Source: Hypanus sabinus (Eukaryota). From it: a DNA stretch of 64,000 bases. A model generated the notes under the pieces. The model did not search any database. It was not told the DNA's origin and saw only the letters and a list, made by a program, of their open reading frames with translations. Both the position numbers and the translations under genes were made by a program. The stretch is from contig NC_082722.1 in assembly GCF_030144855.1 (NCBI RefSeq), positions 26,722,001-26,786,000 of the forward strand, given 5' to 3'. Positions 24,541 to 38,000 of the stretch are shown one piece after another. Position 1 is the first letter of the stretch, and the number at the start of each line of letters is the position of its first letter.

Positions 24541-24705
24541 GCTGGACTAGCGCCAGTTGAACATAGCCTTACATATGCTACATTAAACGTGAGAGAAAAC
24601 AAAGGAATTCACCAGATCAGATGACAAGACGGACATGTGATCTATGCAAAGGTAAACCCAAGTGATTGGGGACGGGGGAGATTCAAAATCAGCATTGCTT
24701 TTTAA
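24541..24705 (+). pseudogene. Divergent receptor copy E: orphan dual-ITIM terminal exon
   Basis: Reads AGLAPVEHSLTYATLNVRENKGIHQIR*QDGHVIYAKVNPSDWGRGRFKISIAF*. Tyr-Tyr spacing of 23 codons equals copies A, B and D. The expected acceptor reads gtgacat (AG to AT); in-frame TGA at 24622-24624. Confidence 0.72.
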
Positions 24706-25469
24706 AATAATTAATGTATTAAACTAAAAAACAAACGCATGGGTCTAATTTTGACCTTATGGGGTTGGTGGTGGTCATCTGTTGATCTCGAAGGACAATG
24801 GCTGATGATCATCATCATCACAAGCCAGGCGGAAGATATGGAGATCCTAAGATTTCCATTCGTCAAAAATCCCCGGTCGGCCTCACAAGTGTACTCCGAA
24901 GGTAAGCTAATGAAGTAATATGGCTGGCAAGTGGTTTGTCGCTGCATTAAACTTTGTGAATGGAACACAAAGAGGTCTGCATTGTTTATTAATTGGGTAA
25001 CTTATTCTGCATGACCCCTTCGTTTATCCAACGAAAATGTCACATCCGTCTCTGGACGAGTAATTTATCCACGTGTCCATATGAAAATGGTATTTTTTCC
25101 GGAGGGGGAAATTCGCATCTGCAATGAACACAATGTAAAGTTTGTGTACATCAATAGTCAACCTTGACATGATTCAAAGCTCTTTGTACGTTTCAAGTCA
25201 ATGGTAATACTCAAAATGTTGACATCACCCAAGACAGGAAGAACAAAATTACAGAAGTTTGTGGACGCCGTTCAGTTGAATTGGAAACCAGCCTCCTCTC
25301 TATGTGGCCTGTATACAGTTGCCCACACATTTCCCTTTAAGCTGTGCGGGTATACAGCCGCGCAGTAACTGAAGTGCTCCTGCGCACTTAGCCTTTGCTG
25401 TCACGCAGTGGGAATTTTATTTTGGATGATGGTAATCTACTTTTGAAATTATGCTAATATGATTATGGA

Positions 25470-26518
25470 ATAGAAATAAGTAGGGCGCTGGGAGTGAACC
25501 CAAAAGCAAGACGCAGACACCGAACTATCAGGAACAGGTTGAGGCGTGAGAAGGAAGCGAGGAAAGTCAGGAAGATAGGACGCTGGACATGACACAGGCC
25601 CCGGACAAAACACGGATTCCGGGCCTGGTCTAGGACTTGAAAAGAATAGCCGAACCAGGACATGGAACTGGGAATTAGGAGCCTGGCATTGGACTCCGAG
25701 CCAGAGACTGGACAAGGACCCAGAACCTGGGTCTTGATTCTGGCTCGGACTCCAGAACCAGACTCCAGAGGACAAGACGTGGCTACAGGAGGAGGAGAGG
25801 CAACAAGACTGGACATGAGGCTCATGGACAGGACAAGGACCTTGAAGGTGACTAGGACTGGACGAGACCCTGTAGCCTTGACTTGGTTGAGCAGGAGACA
25901 GGCACGCAGAGCGTTTGTCGAGGGAGAGACAGGGACATAGAGCCGTGATCGAGAAAGAACAGGAACGAAGAACATTGACCCTGGGTCAACGGATGGACTT
26001 GAATATGGAACACCGAGTAGGGACACCTCTTTGGGTACAGGGCGTAAGGCCTGGACTCATTACACAGAACGCGGGAACACGACGAGACAGTTCTCAACGC
26101 AAGCTAGCAGCAATGCGGCCGGACATACCTAGAGAATGTGTGGACACAGACAGACAATTCCAAACAGGGTGAGGCTCCAGACACAGGCAAGGCGAAGCAA
26201 GTCTCCAGGCAGATGCGAGGCGAGGCAAGGCTCCAGGCAGAGGTGAGAAAAGGCTCCATGCAGAGGCAAGGGAAGGCGAGGCAAGCCTCCAGGCAAAGGC
26301 GAAGCGAGTCAAGGTTCCAGGCAGAGGCGAGGTGAAGCAAGGCTCCATGCAAGGAACAATCCAGCAGCCAGAGGCTGTGTCTGGAAGCTATGTATGAGAC
26401 CAGCCCCAACAAGTGTCAGCTGTCTCAACAGAGAGTGGGGAAAACCGAAAATCCTGGAATAAGGAAGCTGGAGCAGACCGTGAACAGGAATGCGGTTTTC
26501 AAGGACCGGACCATGACA
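25470..26518 (-). mobile_element. Second copy of the ~1.1 kb LTR family (solo, one terminus degraded)
   Basis: Reverse complement starts TGTCATGGTCCGGTC at 26518 and aligns along its length with 1301-2424; the 3' terminus and TSD are not recognisable. Confidence 0.8.
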
Positions 26519-27289
26519 GAAAGCTTTGTTAATGCATTTGTGAAATACCATCTAATTGTGTGCTGATTAATATAGACCACTATTTTTCTGCATAATGAAC
26601 CTACGACAACTTTAATGTAAAACACTTTAGAGCTGCCACATTCTTACATTGTCAGTATTGCAAGTTACAACACTGCTGCAAATTCTCACAACAAACTCAC
26701 AATGGAAATCGGTAGCTTATTTTAATAATCTGCCATCCCGTGTATAATCCTCTTACAGCCGGTGTTAACGTGTCCTGCTCAGAGTGATGGCAGGTCCGCG
26801 TTGCTGCAAAATTAGAGGGGCGTTGCTTCCTAATCCCGAGCAAAAGCAACCAGGCTGATTAAAGTTCTCGGTCATAAAATGCAGCAGTTATTTCCTCTCC
26901 ATTAATACTGTCAAACCTGCTAAGTTCCTGCAAGATTTTGTGTTCATTATTCCGGATTTCAGAATCTTCAGAATCTTTTGTGTTTATGATTTACTGGGCT
27001 ATTGGCACAGGCAGGAAATATAGAGTACACGGAAGCTTTGCTTTATCGAGGGATCTTAGGGTGTACATGGATAGTCTGCTGAAAAGACGAAACATCAGGA
27101 TATTCGATAAGAGGGCCTTGATCCCCAGTGCCCTCTTGAATGTGTATTGCCGAGTATTGGGATGTCATGTTGCAGCTGTAGAACATTGATTAGCCTGTCA
27201 TGAGCGAATGCATGGAGAAGGATTGAGAATTATTTTCATATGAATCAGAACATAATGGAATCTAGTCGGAATTCTATCAATGTTTTTCC

Positions 27290-27840
27290 ATATAGAAAAT
27301 AGAAAATTTACATGAATATACAGCCCCTTCGGCCCACAAGAGTGTGCCGAACATGTCCCTACCTCAGAAATTACTAGGCTTCTCTATAGCCCTCTATTTT
27401 ATTAAGCTCCATGTCCCTCTCTAAGGAGCCTTTTAAAATACCCTATTGTATCACTTATCCCTGACATCTCCTCTGTACCTGCTCCCCAGCGCCGTAAACC
27501 TGTGTCCTTTTGTGGCAACCATTTGAACCCTGGGAAACTGTCTCTGACTATTCACATGATCTGTGCCTCTCATCATCTTGCACACCTCTATCAGGTCACT
27601 TCTCATCCTCCTTCGCTCCAAGGAGAAAAGGCCGAGTTTACTCAAACTATTCTCATAAGTCATGCTTCCCAATGCAGGCAGCATCCTCGTAAATCTCATC
27701 TGTACCCTTTGTATGGCTAACACATTAATTCTGCAGTGAGGCAACCAGATCTGAGCACAGTACTCCAAGTGGGGTCAGACCAGTGTCCTGTATAGCTGCA
27801 TTATTACCTCTCGGCTCCTAAATTCAATTCCACGATTGAT
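27290..27840 (-). mobile_element. CR1 LINE 3' fragment
   Basis: ORF 27451-27768 reads EYCAQIWLPH...LGLFSLERRRMRSDLIEV; atagaaaatagaaa tail. Confidence 0.88.
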
Positions 27841-28239
27841 CTCTGAAGATACACTTAAAAACAGAAGTGACCTTCCGATGAGGAAAGTTTTTTTTTATTT
27901 GTGGGATGAATTACAACACCGAGGTTGATTCTAGACTGACTATTCTCTGTAAATGTCTATGAAGTGTTGTCAAACTTGTACTGACATGTGCAGATCCCTG
28001 TGTGAATATAGTATAAGTTTTCCAATCAAAAATGTAAACTAAATGAAAGGAAAATGTTTCTTTCAGACCAAGACAACATGAAAATTATACCCGAGAAATA
28101 TAACATCACGCCCATTCAGGGTCCCAAACAGTCTGTCCTGGTGAGGCAGCACTATCATTTCCGAATCTTTTATGTTTCTCTTCTCTGTCCAGTACTTCTG
28201 ACGTGGTCTCCTCTAGGTTGGAGTGACCCAATTTAAATT

Positions 28240-28830
28240 AGTGGACCACTTTTTCAAGCATCTCCACTGCATCTACGAAAAGTGGAAATTCCGTTAGCCA
28301 GTCATTGCCCTTCCTCTCCCTATTCTCGTCGCGACTTTTTGGTCATCGGCTTCTTCTTCTGCCACCATGAGGCTACACTTAGGAAGGAGGACTAACGCCT
28401 CAGTTTCAGTCAAGGTAGCCTCCAACCTGATGGCATGAAGAACGATATCTGCTTTCATTATTTTTTCTCTCTCCCTTCCGTATTCTTCTCTTCCACACTC
28501 TGGACTCCTAACCCTTCTCCACACCTACCTATATCCTTTCCTTGGATCCCTCCCATGGTTTGCTTTCCTATCCAGCACATTCCTTCTTCTGCAGTATTTT
28601 TTCAATTTCTATCTATCAGCTCCCAATTTCTTACTTCATCGCCTTTCCATCACTCTGCTGGTTTTACCCATGAACGTCTAGTTAGACCTTCTCACGTTTA
28701 TATCTGTCATCTTCCCTCTTCCTTTCCAATGCTGATGAAGCGTCATGGCCCAAAACATAGGCTGTTTATTCTCTTCCGTATATGCTTCTTTCCCCGACTA
28801 AGTTTCTTTACAGTTTTGTGTGTCTTGTTC
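28240..28830 (+). mobile_element. Penelope-like element 3' fragment
   Basis: Degraded GIY-YIG C-terminus plus pyrimidine-rich tail and pseudo-LTR, homologous to 3975-4600 reversed. Confidence 0.72.
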
Positions 28831-29169
28831 TGGATAGCCTGCAACGGTGCAATATCTCTTCTGTTAGTGATGTAAATACTCTTTTATGAGCATTTGGAGA
28901 CCATGTTTGACATAGGCGGACAATGAGAAAACCGGAAACTGAAGTTTATGTGTTCGATCGGACGGCGAAAGCTGGAGAGAAGAGTAGGGAAGAAAGAGGA
29001 TAGAGTAATAGGTCATGCTGGGTTCTCTTTGGTCTTAGACTCAATTTTCAAAGTTTTGAGCGATGAAATACAAGACCATAACTTTATTGCTTCTTTGTGT
29101 CACTTCTGTAGACCCTGTATCCGTCTCCCGACTAAATTAAGCTGACAAGAATCCATTTACTATCTCCCC

Positions 29170-29990
29170 ATTCTCTTTTGGCGCCATGCATAGATTATCA
29201 TTCAGATCTCCCAGGGGACCTTTTTTGTCCCTTCTAATCCTTCTGCTCTCAACATATCTTAACATACCAATCCAACTATTTTTCACACGTTGCTACCGAA
29301 CCCACCTCTACATTCTGGTACATTCAACTTTTACCAATCTCGTATTTTCTGAAAAACTTTCCCTAGACCCATTTAAAATATTTTCCATCACACCTTGAAT
29401 TGATGTATTTTCTTTTTCGATTAATCTATCCTGAGTAAAAGACTGTAACATAAGTTTGCCTGCTCCCCTCGTAGCTTTATATTCCTATATAAGGTAATCG
29501 CTCCACCACTTGTACTCAAGGAAGAATAACCCCAGCCTCTCCCTGCAGCTAAAATCTTGGTGTCCTGAAAACATATTCGTGAGTCCCTTTTGCCGAGTGT
29601 TAAGGACCGTCATGAGTTTTCCAAAGCTGGGCGAACAGTAATGCACAGAATCCTCCTAGTGTTTCACCAACGATGTGTGTAGTATAAATGGACATCCCAG
29701 ACACTGCATTCATTGCCCCAACTGTTGTGTCAAGAGTGACAAACACTTTCTTTATCTTTCTTTCCACCTCCATTGCCAGTTGCCCTCGGTCACTGTGTTC
29801 TACTTCAAACCCTAGGGCAATTTACTGTTTGATTCCAGCTTTATTTTAACTAACGAAAATGCAACATTTCGCCATTATCCAAGTTAAATTCTAACTGAAT
29901 TTGAAGGACCACTTTCCCAGTTCATTGTCTTGGTGAGCTTTTGATTTCTATTGTATAAGCAAATTTGTTGCGTCCCTGAAGTTATTAATT
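29170..29990 (-). mobile_element. Highly degraded CR1/L2-type LINE fragment
   Basis: Remnants of RT C-terminal and 3' motifs resembling the other CR1 copies. Confidence 0.55.
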
Positions 29991-30394
29991 ATGTCAACAA
30001 TATCATCATCTTAAGTGTTACAGTCCTATATGACAGAGAGTTCTGAAACCTGAACTTCCCTCTTCAGTATATCAGCAATCGCAGGCCTTCATTCTCCACG
30101 ATCGCCGTCTGCTGTTATACTAAACCAATTCGGTGCTCTCCTATTCAGTCGGCTGGTTAACATTGGTTCCCATGTCATCTGGCTTTCTCGTCACCTTTTT
30201 CCTTCAGCAGTTATTTCCATTTTCCTCCTTTTCCCAACAGTTTCTGCAGGGACAGCTCTCACCTCTATACTCCTCGGGCACTACGGACCATGGAAGCAGC
30301 TCTGTGCGGGTCAGTTTGTCATCAGTTCTCATACAGTCACAGAGATATCCATGCTTAGGTCGTAATTGATCATAATATTCCTTTACCACCAAGT

Positions 30395-32475
30395 ATGTGA
30401 AGAATAGGACCAACCAAGTGTGACAGTGCTAAAGTGTATATGGAAACAGAGGAGATAGTAGAGGTACATAATGCATAGTTGGCATCAGTATTCACTACGG
30501 AAAAGGATCTTGGCGATTGTAGGGATGACTTACAGCGGACTGAAAAGCTTGAGCACGTAGATAATAAGAAAGAGGATGAGCTGGAGCTTTGAAAAAAAAA
30601 ACATCAACAATAGAACCATAGAACCATAGAACACTAAAGCACAGTACAGGCCCTTCATCCCTCTATGCTGTGCCGACCCATACAATTGTTAAAAAAGTAC
30701 TAAACTCATCTTACTCCAGAGCCCTTTATTTGTCTTTCATCCATGTGCCTGTGCAAGAGGTTCTTAAATACCCCTAATATTTTAGCCTCCACCACCATCC
30801 CTGGCAAGTCATTCCACGCACTCACAACTCTTCGTGTAAAATACTTCCCGCTGATGTCTCCCCTAAAGTTCCCTTCCTTAATTTTGTACATATGCCCTCT
30901 TGTGTTTGCAATTGGTGCCTTGGGAAATAATTGAATAAGTGGGATAAGTCACCAGGACCGGACGAGATGTACCCCAGGCTACTGTGGGAGACGAGGGAGG
31001 AGATTGTTGAGCCTCTGGCGACAATCTTTGCATCATCAATGAGAAAGGTCCGGAAGATTGGAGTGTTGCTGATGTTGTTCCTGTATTCCAGAAAGGGAGT
31101 AGGGATAGCCCAGGAAATTATAGGCCAATGAATCTTGCTTCAGTGGTTGGTAAGTTGATGGACAAGATCCTGAGAGGCAGGATTTATTAACATTTAGAGA
31201 GGCATCATATGATGAGTAGTCAACATGGCTTTGTCAAAGGGAGGTCGTGCTTTACAATTCTGATTGAATTTATTGAAAATGCGACTAAACACATTGATGA
31301 AGATAGAGCAACGGATGTAATGTATATGGATTTCAGCAAGGCTTTTGACAAGGTACTCCATGCAAGGCTTTTGACAAGGTACTCCATGCAAGGCTTATTG
31401 GAAAAGTAAGGAACCATGTGATGCAAGGGGATATTGCCTTGTGGATCAAAAACAGGTTTTCCCACGGAAGGACGGTTCATATTCTGCATAGAGTTCGGTG
31501 ACCAGTGCTTTGCCTCAGTGATATGTATTGGGACCCCTACTCTTCCTGAGTTGTATAAATGACCTGGATGAAGAAGTGGACGGGTGGATTAGTAAATGTG
31601 CTGATGTCACAAAAGTTGGAGGTGTGTGGATATTGTGGAGGGCTGTCAGAGGTTACAGCAGGACCTTAATATGATGCAAAATTGGCCTGAGAAGTGGCAG
31701 ATTCAGATCAACCCAAATAAGTGTGGGGTAGTTCATTTTTGTAAGTCAAATGTCATGACAGACTAGAGTATTAATGTTAAGACCCTTCGCAATATGAAGG
31801 ATCAGAGAGATCTTGAGGTCCGAGTCCATAGGACACTCAAATCTGCTGCGCAGGTTGAATCTGTGGTTAAGAAAGCATACGGTGTGGTGGCCGTCAACAA
31901 TCGTGGGATTGAGTTTAAGAACCAAGAGGTAAAGTTGCAATTATATAGGACCCTGGTCGGACCCCACCTGGAGTACTGTGCTCAGTTCGGTTCAGCTAAC
32001 TGTGGGAATGATGTGGAAACCATAGAAAGGGTGCAGAAGAGATTTGCAAGGATGTTGTCTGGATTTGAGAATGCCTTATAAGAATAGGTTGAGTGAATTC
32101 GGCATTTTTTCTTTGGAGCGACGGAGGATGAGAGGAGACCTGATAGAGGTGCACAAGATGATGTGAGGCATTGATCTTGTGGATCCCAGAGCTTAAATGG
32201 CTAGCACGAGAGGGCGTAGTTTTAAGGTGCTTGGATATAGGTACTGAGGAGATGTCAGGGGTAGCTTTTTACGCATGATGAATGCATGGAATAGGCTGCT
32301 GGCAGCGTCGATGGAGGCAGAAACGATAGGGTATTTTAAGAGACTCCTGGACAGATATATAGAGCTCAGAAACGCAGAATGTTGTGGGTAACCCGAGGTA
32401 CTTTCTAGGGTAAGGATATGTTTGTCACAGCTTTGTGAGCCGAAGGGTATGATGTAGGATTTTCTATGTTTCTGT
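30395..32475 (+). mobile_element. 5'-truncated CR1 LINE with a nested antisense CR1 3' fragment (~30610-30930)
   Basis: KSPGPDEMYPRLL, QHGFVKGRSCFTIL, DVMYMDFSKAFDKV, LYRTLVGPHLEYCAQF; nested agaaccatagaaccatagaac tail at ~30612. Confidence 0.9.
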
Positions 32476-33379
32476 CTTTCTAATATACCCCACTCAGAAG
32501 CAAAAATTATAGCTGTTTCACCTACCAGTTCTCGCTCTGATATGCTTCTACAGAGGTTGTTTTAATACCTAATTGACTTAAAAATATACAACACCTTAAA
32601 TAATAGCGATAATGTTAGAAATTTTGAAGTTGCGTATTTGATTGCAATCGTGTTTCTTGCCGAAAAGTTGAAACTCTTGACAGCTATTCAAAAGAGTATT
32701 AGCGCACATTGTGGCCATGCAATGTGGTGTGCAGGACCAATCGTGAATGTGGTGGATCTAGGTTTTAATTGAAAGTGTAGAGTGTCGATAGCAGAACATC
32801 AGTCATGTTATATCTCAAAAGAACGAAACTATAGCATTAAGAGTACTATTACTCGCGTAAAATCGCCGCAGAAAGTCACAACTGGAAAACGCCTGGTGAC
32901 TGACTAAAGCAGGTACAAGGGATGATTGGATAACTTGAACGGGAATGTAAAATTATCCTGTTATTTATAATTATTATTGCCGAATGTAAATCCGTTAATG
33001 CCTTCGAAATATTGATTTTCTCATTATTATTTCTCTGTTCAATCTGTAGAAGTAATAAGTGGAAATGCTTGTCAAATCATTCATGCCCTTGCCATCTTTT
33101 GCCTTAACTCCGATTCTTATCAAAATTATCATCACAATTACAAGTGCCAGTCAGCCCAATGCACATCTAAGAATCGGAGGTTTACTCCTGTATTCTTGTT
33201 CATGTAATAAAAGACGAAACTGTGAAACATATATAAATATATAGAGAGGGTGAGACAGGAACGTAGAGTTTTTAATGGGGAATTCAGGCTTGAATATATT
33301 GCAAGAGAAGCAGTATGACATGAGTTTTAATGTGATGAAGGGACTTCTGGAGCGAACAGGTCATCTTACATAGCGGTTC

Positions 33380-33520
33380 TTCACAGTGCAACATTCACGA
33401 AATGCCAGAGGAGTTCAGCAGGCCAGTCAACATCTGTGGAGAAAAGTAGTCGACGTTTCGGGGCAAGACCCCAGCATATGCTGTGTGTTGCTTGGTGATC
33501 TAGCATCTACAGATAATCTG
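33380..33520 (-). mobile_element. Penelope pseudo-LTR fragment
   Basis: aaatgccagaggagttcagcaggccagtcaacatctgtgg...gtcgacgtttcgggg. Confidence 0.7.
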
Positions 33521-35099
33521 TTGTTTGTGTTTTGGTTCTTTACAATGAGTATATTTTATCTGGATTAAGAATTTTTATTCTTTTTCCGTTGCCTTTGCAG
33601 ATGGTTTGATAGCAGATTCGAAATGAGTTCGTTTGTTTCCGAACTGTCCCTCGAAAACACTCTCAACAGATCCCATTGCCAAAAAAGAAAAACTGATTTT
33701 TTAATTTCACAGACATCACAAGATGCATTAATATTATATTAAAAAGCATAATCCGAACCATAGATGAGATACTTGGTAAAAGCAGGGGAGACAAACGAGC
33801 AGATTAAGTAATAAAACAAAGACACTTGCAGAGAGAAATCCACTTTGAAGTGCAGAAGTAGCCAAAAGAGTAGAACTGCGCAAATGAAGAAAAGAGCAGA
33901 TTATGGAAAAATTGATGTACTTAAATATCACTTATGAATATTTGAAACATAAATATGATTTAAATATAAAAGTGACAGATTTCGAAATTATGCTAGATCC
34001 TCTCCCACTTTCCTATACGGTTCAGATGCTTCGATTCTAACTGGTATGAAATTTAATGACATCAGCCTCGGATGTTTCTAATGAATACACTTGCCCGATA
34101 TTAGGAGGTATAAATTACAAAGATGTACCAACCTGTCAGTGAAGAAAACTCTGGCTACCGACTTTGTCACGGCAACGAATCTACCTCTGGCCGAAGGAAA
34201 CTGCTACTTAATATGCTCAGCCGGATAGTTAGATCGTATTTTCAACTCATAAGCCTTTTGAACTACCTTACATAAAATTGTCTTTTACACACAATTTACC
34301 AAAGTAAAAAAACAATCAAATAATTCTACTCACAGTTATTAAACACGCATTTCTTCAAGATCTCCCGTTTGTAATTTTTTATCTAACAGATGGCTAAAGA
34401 TTAAGGGCAAAGTGCACGAAGGAAAATGGTTGAGATTCCAAAAACGTATGCAACGGTCAATTGGGTAGAGAGAGTAATGGAACTGAATGGCATAAGAGAT
34501 ATTATACCATCCATGTCATATGCTTTCTGCTGCATGTAATGTAGAATTAAAAGTGATGGCGATTATAAAGAGATCTTCACGTCACACCATTTATTGGTGA
34601 AAATTTCGGTTGTTCTCAAAAAATTCTCAATCTGCAGGAAAATAGAGCTGGGTTGGACTAAGAGGGAAAAAGTGGAATTGCATTGTACTCCAGAATACGT
34701 ATCTATGCCATTGCCACAGGTCGTTATTTCAGTAATTGTGCAGGAGTGTATCTTTATATTATCTCATCTTCTTTTGAAACCATTGCCAGAAAGCGATCAA
34801 TTCCGTCATCCAAATCATTGATAATAACGTGAAAAGAATTAGTTCCGGCACCAACCCCTGCGGAACTCTACTAGACAACAAGAAAATCATAATCTTGTTT
34901 ATATATGTAGAACTCCACACAGGGCCTAACATTTCTGCACATTTCCTCCTGGACAAAATTAATGATAAAATCTACTTCATCGACTATCTACCTCGACTTC
35001 TGCGGAAATACCTCTTTTGGCATCTTAGTTTTTATCATTTTTTAACAATTTATTGGAGTGTTTGGTATGTAATAGACTATGAATAAATTCAAGACCTTC

Positions 35100-38000
35100 G
35101 TAAGACCGTAAGAAATAGGAACAGCTGTAGACCATCTGGCCCATCGAGACTATAAGATCATGGCTGATCTGACGAGGGACACATCTCCATCTACCTGCCT
35201 TTCCTCATAATGCTGAATTCACCAGCTGTGCAAAAATTTATCCAACCTTGCCCTAAGTACATTTATTGAGGTAGACTGCACTGCCTCATTGGGCAGAGAT
35301 TTCCACAGATTCACTGCTCTTTGGGAAAAGAAGTTCCCCCTAATACTTATCTTAATGTTACTCCCCCGAATCTGAGGCGATATCCCTAGTTCTTTTCTCA
35401 AGTGGTAACCCTAGACTCAAGTAGTCCCTAGTGTTAATAATGTTCCTGGCTCTATCTTATCTAACCCTTCTTATAGTTTTATGTTTCTATAAGAGTTCTT
35501 GTCATCCGTCTGCATTCCAACGAGTACAGTTCCAGGCGATTAAATCTCTCCTCATAGTTTAACGCTCTCATCTCTGGAATCAACCTGGTGAACGCCCTGT
35601 GCATTGCCTTCCGTATAATCCTTCCTCAAGTAAGAAGACCAGAACTGCACGCAGTACTCTGGATGCGGCCTCATCTGTACCCTATACTGCTGTAGCTTAA
35701 CCTCCTTGTTCTCAAATTCAATCCTTCCAGCAATGAAGGCCAGCATTCCATGTGCCCTCTTGATAGCCTGCTGCAACTGCACACCAAACTTTTGCGATTC
35801 ATGCACAAACACTTCCAGCACAGAAGTATCCTGCAACCTCTTAACATTTAAATAATCTGATATTCCAGTTTCCTTCCAAAGTAGATGACCTCACATTTAC
35901 CCACAGTGTGCTCCATCTGCCAGTCTCTTGCCCACTCGCTGAAAATATCTATATCTCTCTGCAGACTCTCCATACCCTGTGCACAATTTGTTTGTCCACT
36001 CAATTTAGTGTCATCAACAAACATACATATACCGCTCACCACTGACGGCCAACTACAGGAACACCTATGTATCCCAACTCTCTGCTTTTTATTTGCTAGC
36101 CAAGTCTCTATCCATGCTTCTACATCACACACAACTCTATGCATTGTTATCTTAGGGATACGTCTTTTATGTGGCACCTTATCGAACGTCTTCTGCAAAT
36201 CCAAGTATATAACGTCCATCTGTTCCCCTCTATCCAATGCAATTTGTTATATCATCAAAAAACTCAAGTGCGTTTGTCAAACAGGACCTGCCTTTGCTTC
36301 ATACTTGATGAGTCTGCCTGATGTATCTAGTTCTTCTGAGATGCTTCCTTATTTCTTATTTGATGACTGCTACAAGCATTTTCCCAACTACAGGTGTTAA
36401 TTAACTGGACTATAGTTACTTGCCTTTTGTCTACATCTTTTATTGAACAGTGGCGAATGTCATTCGGCTTCTTGCAATCTGCTGGGAGATGCCTAGAGTC
36501 CAGAGAATTTTGGTAAATTATCACCAAAGCCCAACTATAACCTCTACTATTTCTTTTAGTACCCTGAGATTTGTCTATCTTTTGATCCACAAAACTACTC
36601 AGATACCTACTGTATCGAGGTCCTCACCTCCCATTGCATCCATATTATCTCTCTTCGGCACGGTCGGCATGCCCTCCACCGTGAAACCCGTCACAAAATA
36701 GTCATTCAAAGTTTCGGCCAATTGCACATTATCCAATATCTATTCCCCTTCTCGGCCTCCAAGGGACCTACGTTCACTTTGGCCACCGCTTTATATAGTT
36801 ATAAAATTTTACTGTCCCTTTTAATATTTATACTGGTTTATTTTCATAATCTACCTTCCCTTTCTTCATTGCTTGCTTAGTGGTTCTTTGTTGCTTTTTC
36901 AGGTTTCCCCAGTCTTCCAATTTCCCACTACTCGTGGCGACTTTGTACGCACGAGCATTTAGGTTGACACCTTCTTTTATTTCTTTTGTGATCTAAGGCT
37001 GGCTCTCCCCGACTTTACTGTCCTTGCTTTTAACTGGAATGTACTGATATTGAGCATCGTGAAAAACACTCTTTGATGGCATTCCACTGTTCCTCAAACG
37101 TCCCACCATATAGCCTGTGTTCGCAGTCTACCCTGACCAGCTCTTCCCTCATCATCTGGTAGTTTCCCTTGATTAGGCATAACGTACTGGTTTTAGGAAG
37201 AATTATAGAGCCCTACATTTGCATACGAAAGTCGTGCTGTGATCACTTCTTCCAAGTGGATCTCTAACTACAAGATTGGTAATTTTACTTGTCTCATTGT
37301 GCTGCGCTAGATCCAAGATAAAGTGTTCCCTTATAGGTTCAGCAACATGTTGTTGAAGAAAGACAGCATGTATTGATTCCCTCAAGACTGCCTCGACCAA
37401 CTTGATTCACCTAATCCATGTGAAAGTTAAAATCCACGATGCCTACTGTTCCATTTTTACATGACTCAGATATTTCTCGGTTTATTGCCTGTGCCACTGT
37501 AATGTTATTATTCGGTGCCCTATCGACAATTCCCACCGATGATTTTTTCCCTTTACTATTTCTAATCTCTAACCTGATGGATTCAACATTCTACCCATGA
37601 GATCTTATATCGTCTCTCTCTATGTCTTGACCTCATCTTTAAGTTAGGGCGGTTCCCCACCTCCCTTACCTTCCTGCCGTATTACCTGATATCCTTGGAT
37701 ATTTAATCACCGATTCTCTCCATTCTACAATCACATTTCTGCATTGGCCACTAAATCATACTCTCATATACTCATTTATGCCACAACTTCACTGATCTTG
37801 TTCCGGATACCAGGGGCCTTCAGAAAAAGTGCACTTACACCTATTGTGCCTTTAAAATCTAGTGAGCTTTGTCTCTTAGGCGCTTGATGTTTCTGCATTC
37901 CACCCTCACTTTTCTCTTTTTTCATCTTTTTCTTTCACTTTATTTTTATCCACACATTTCTCTTTTACTTTATCCATACTTCTCCAATCTGCTGAACTGA

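Larger units (their letters stand above)
30185..34290 (-). repeat. Right arm of inverted segmental duplication (partner 20235-24270)
   Basis: See left arm. For example 33930-34290 matches the reverse complement of 20235-20600, and 32475-32960 matches the reverse complement of 21640-22500 minus the solo LTR. Confidence 0.88.

Noticed and set aside
24794-24901. Exon-like segment MADDHHHHKPGG...|gtaagc
   Set aside because: The His run comes from a (cat)n microrepeat, two frames are equally open, and I recognise no homology.
30204-30413. Cys-rich ORF (CDC...CPCRNC) with a homolog at 24075-24270
   Set aside because: The similarity is explained by the segmental duplication; the other arm has stops and a frameshift in this frame.
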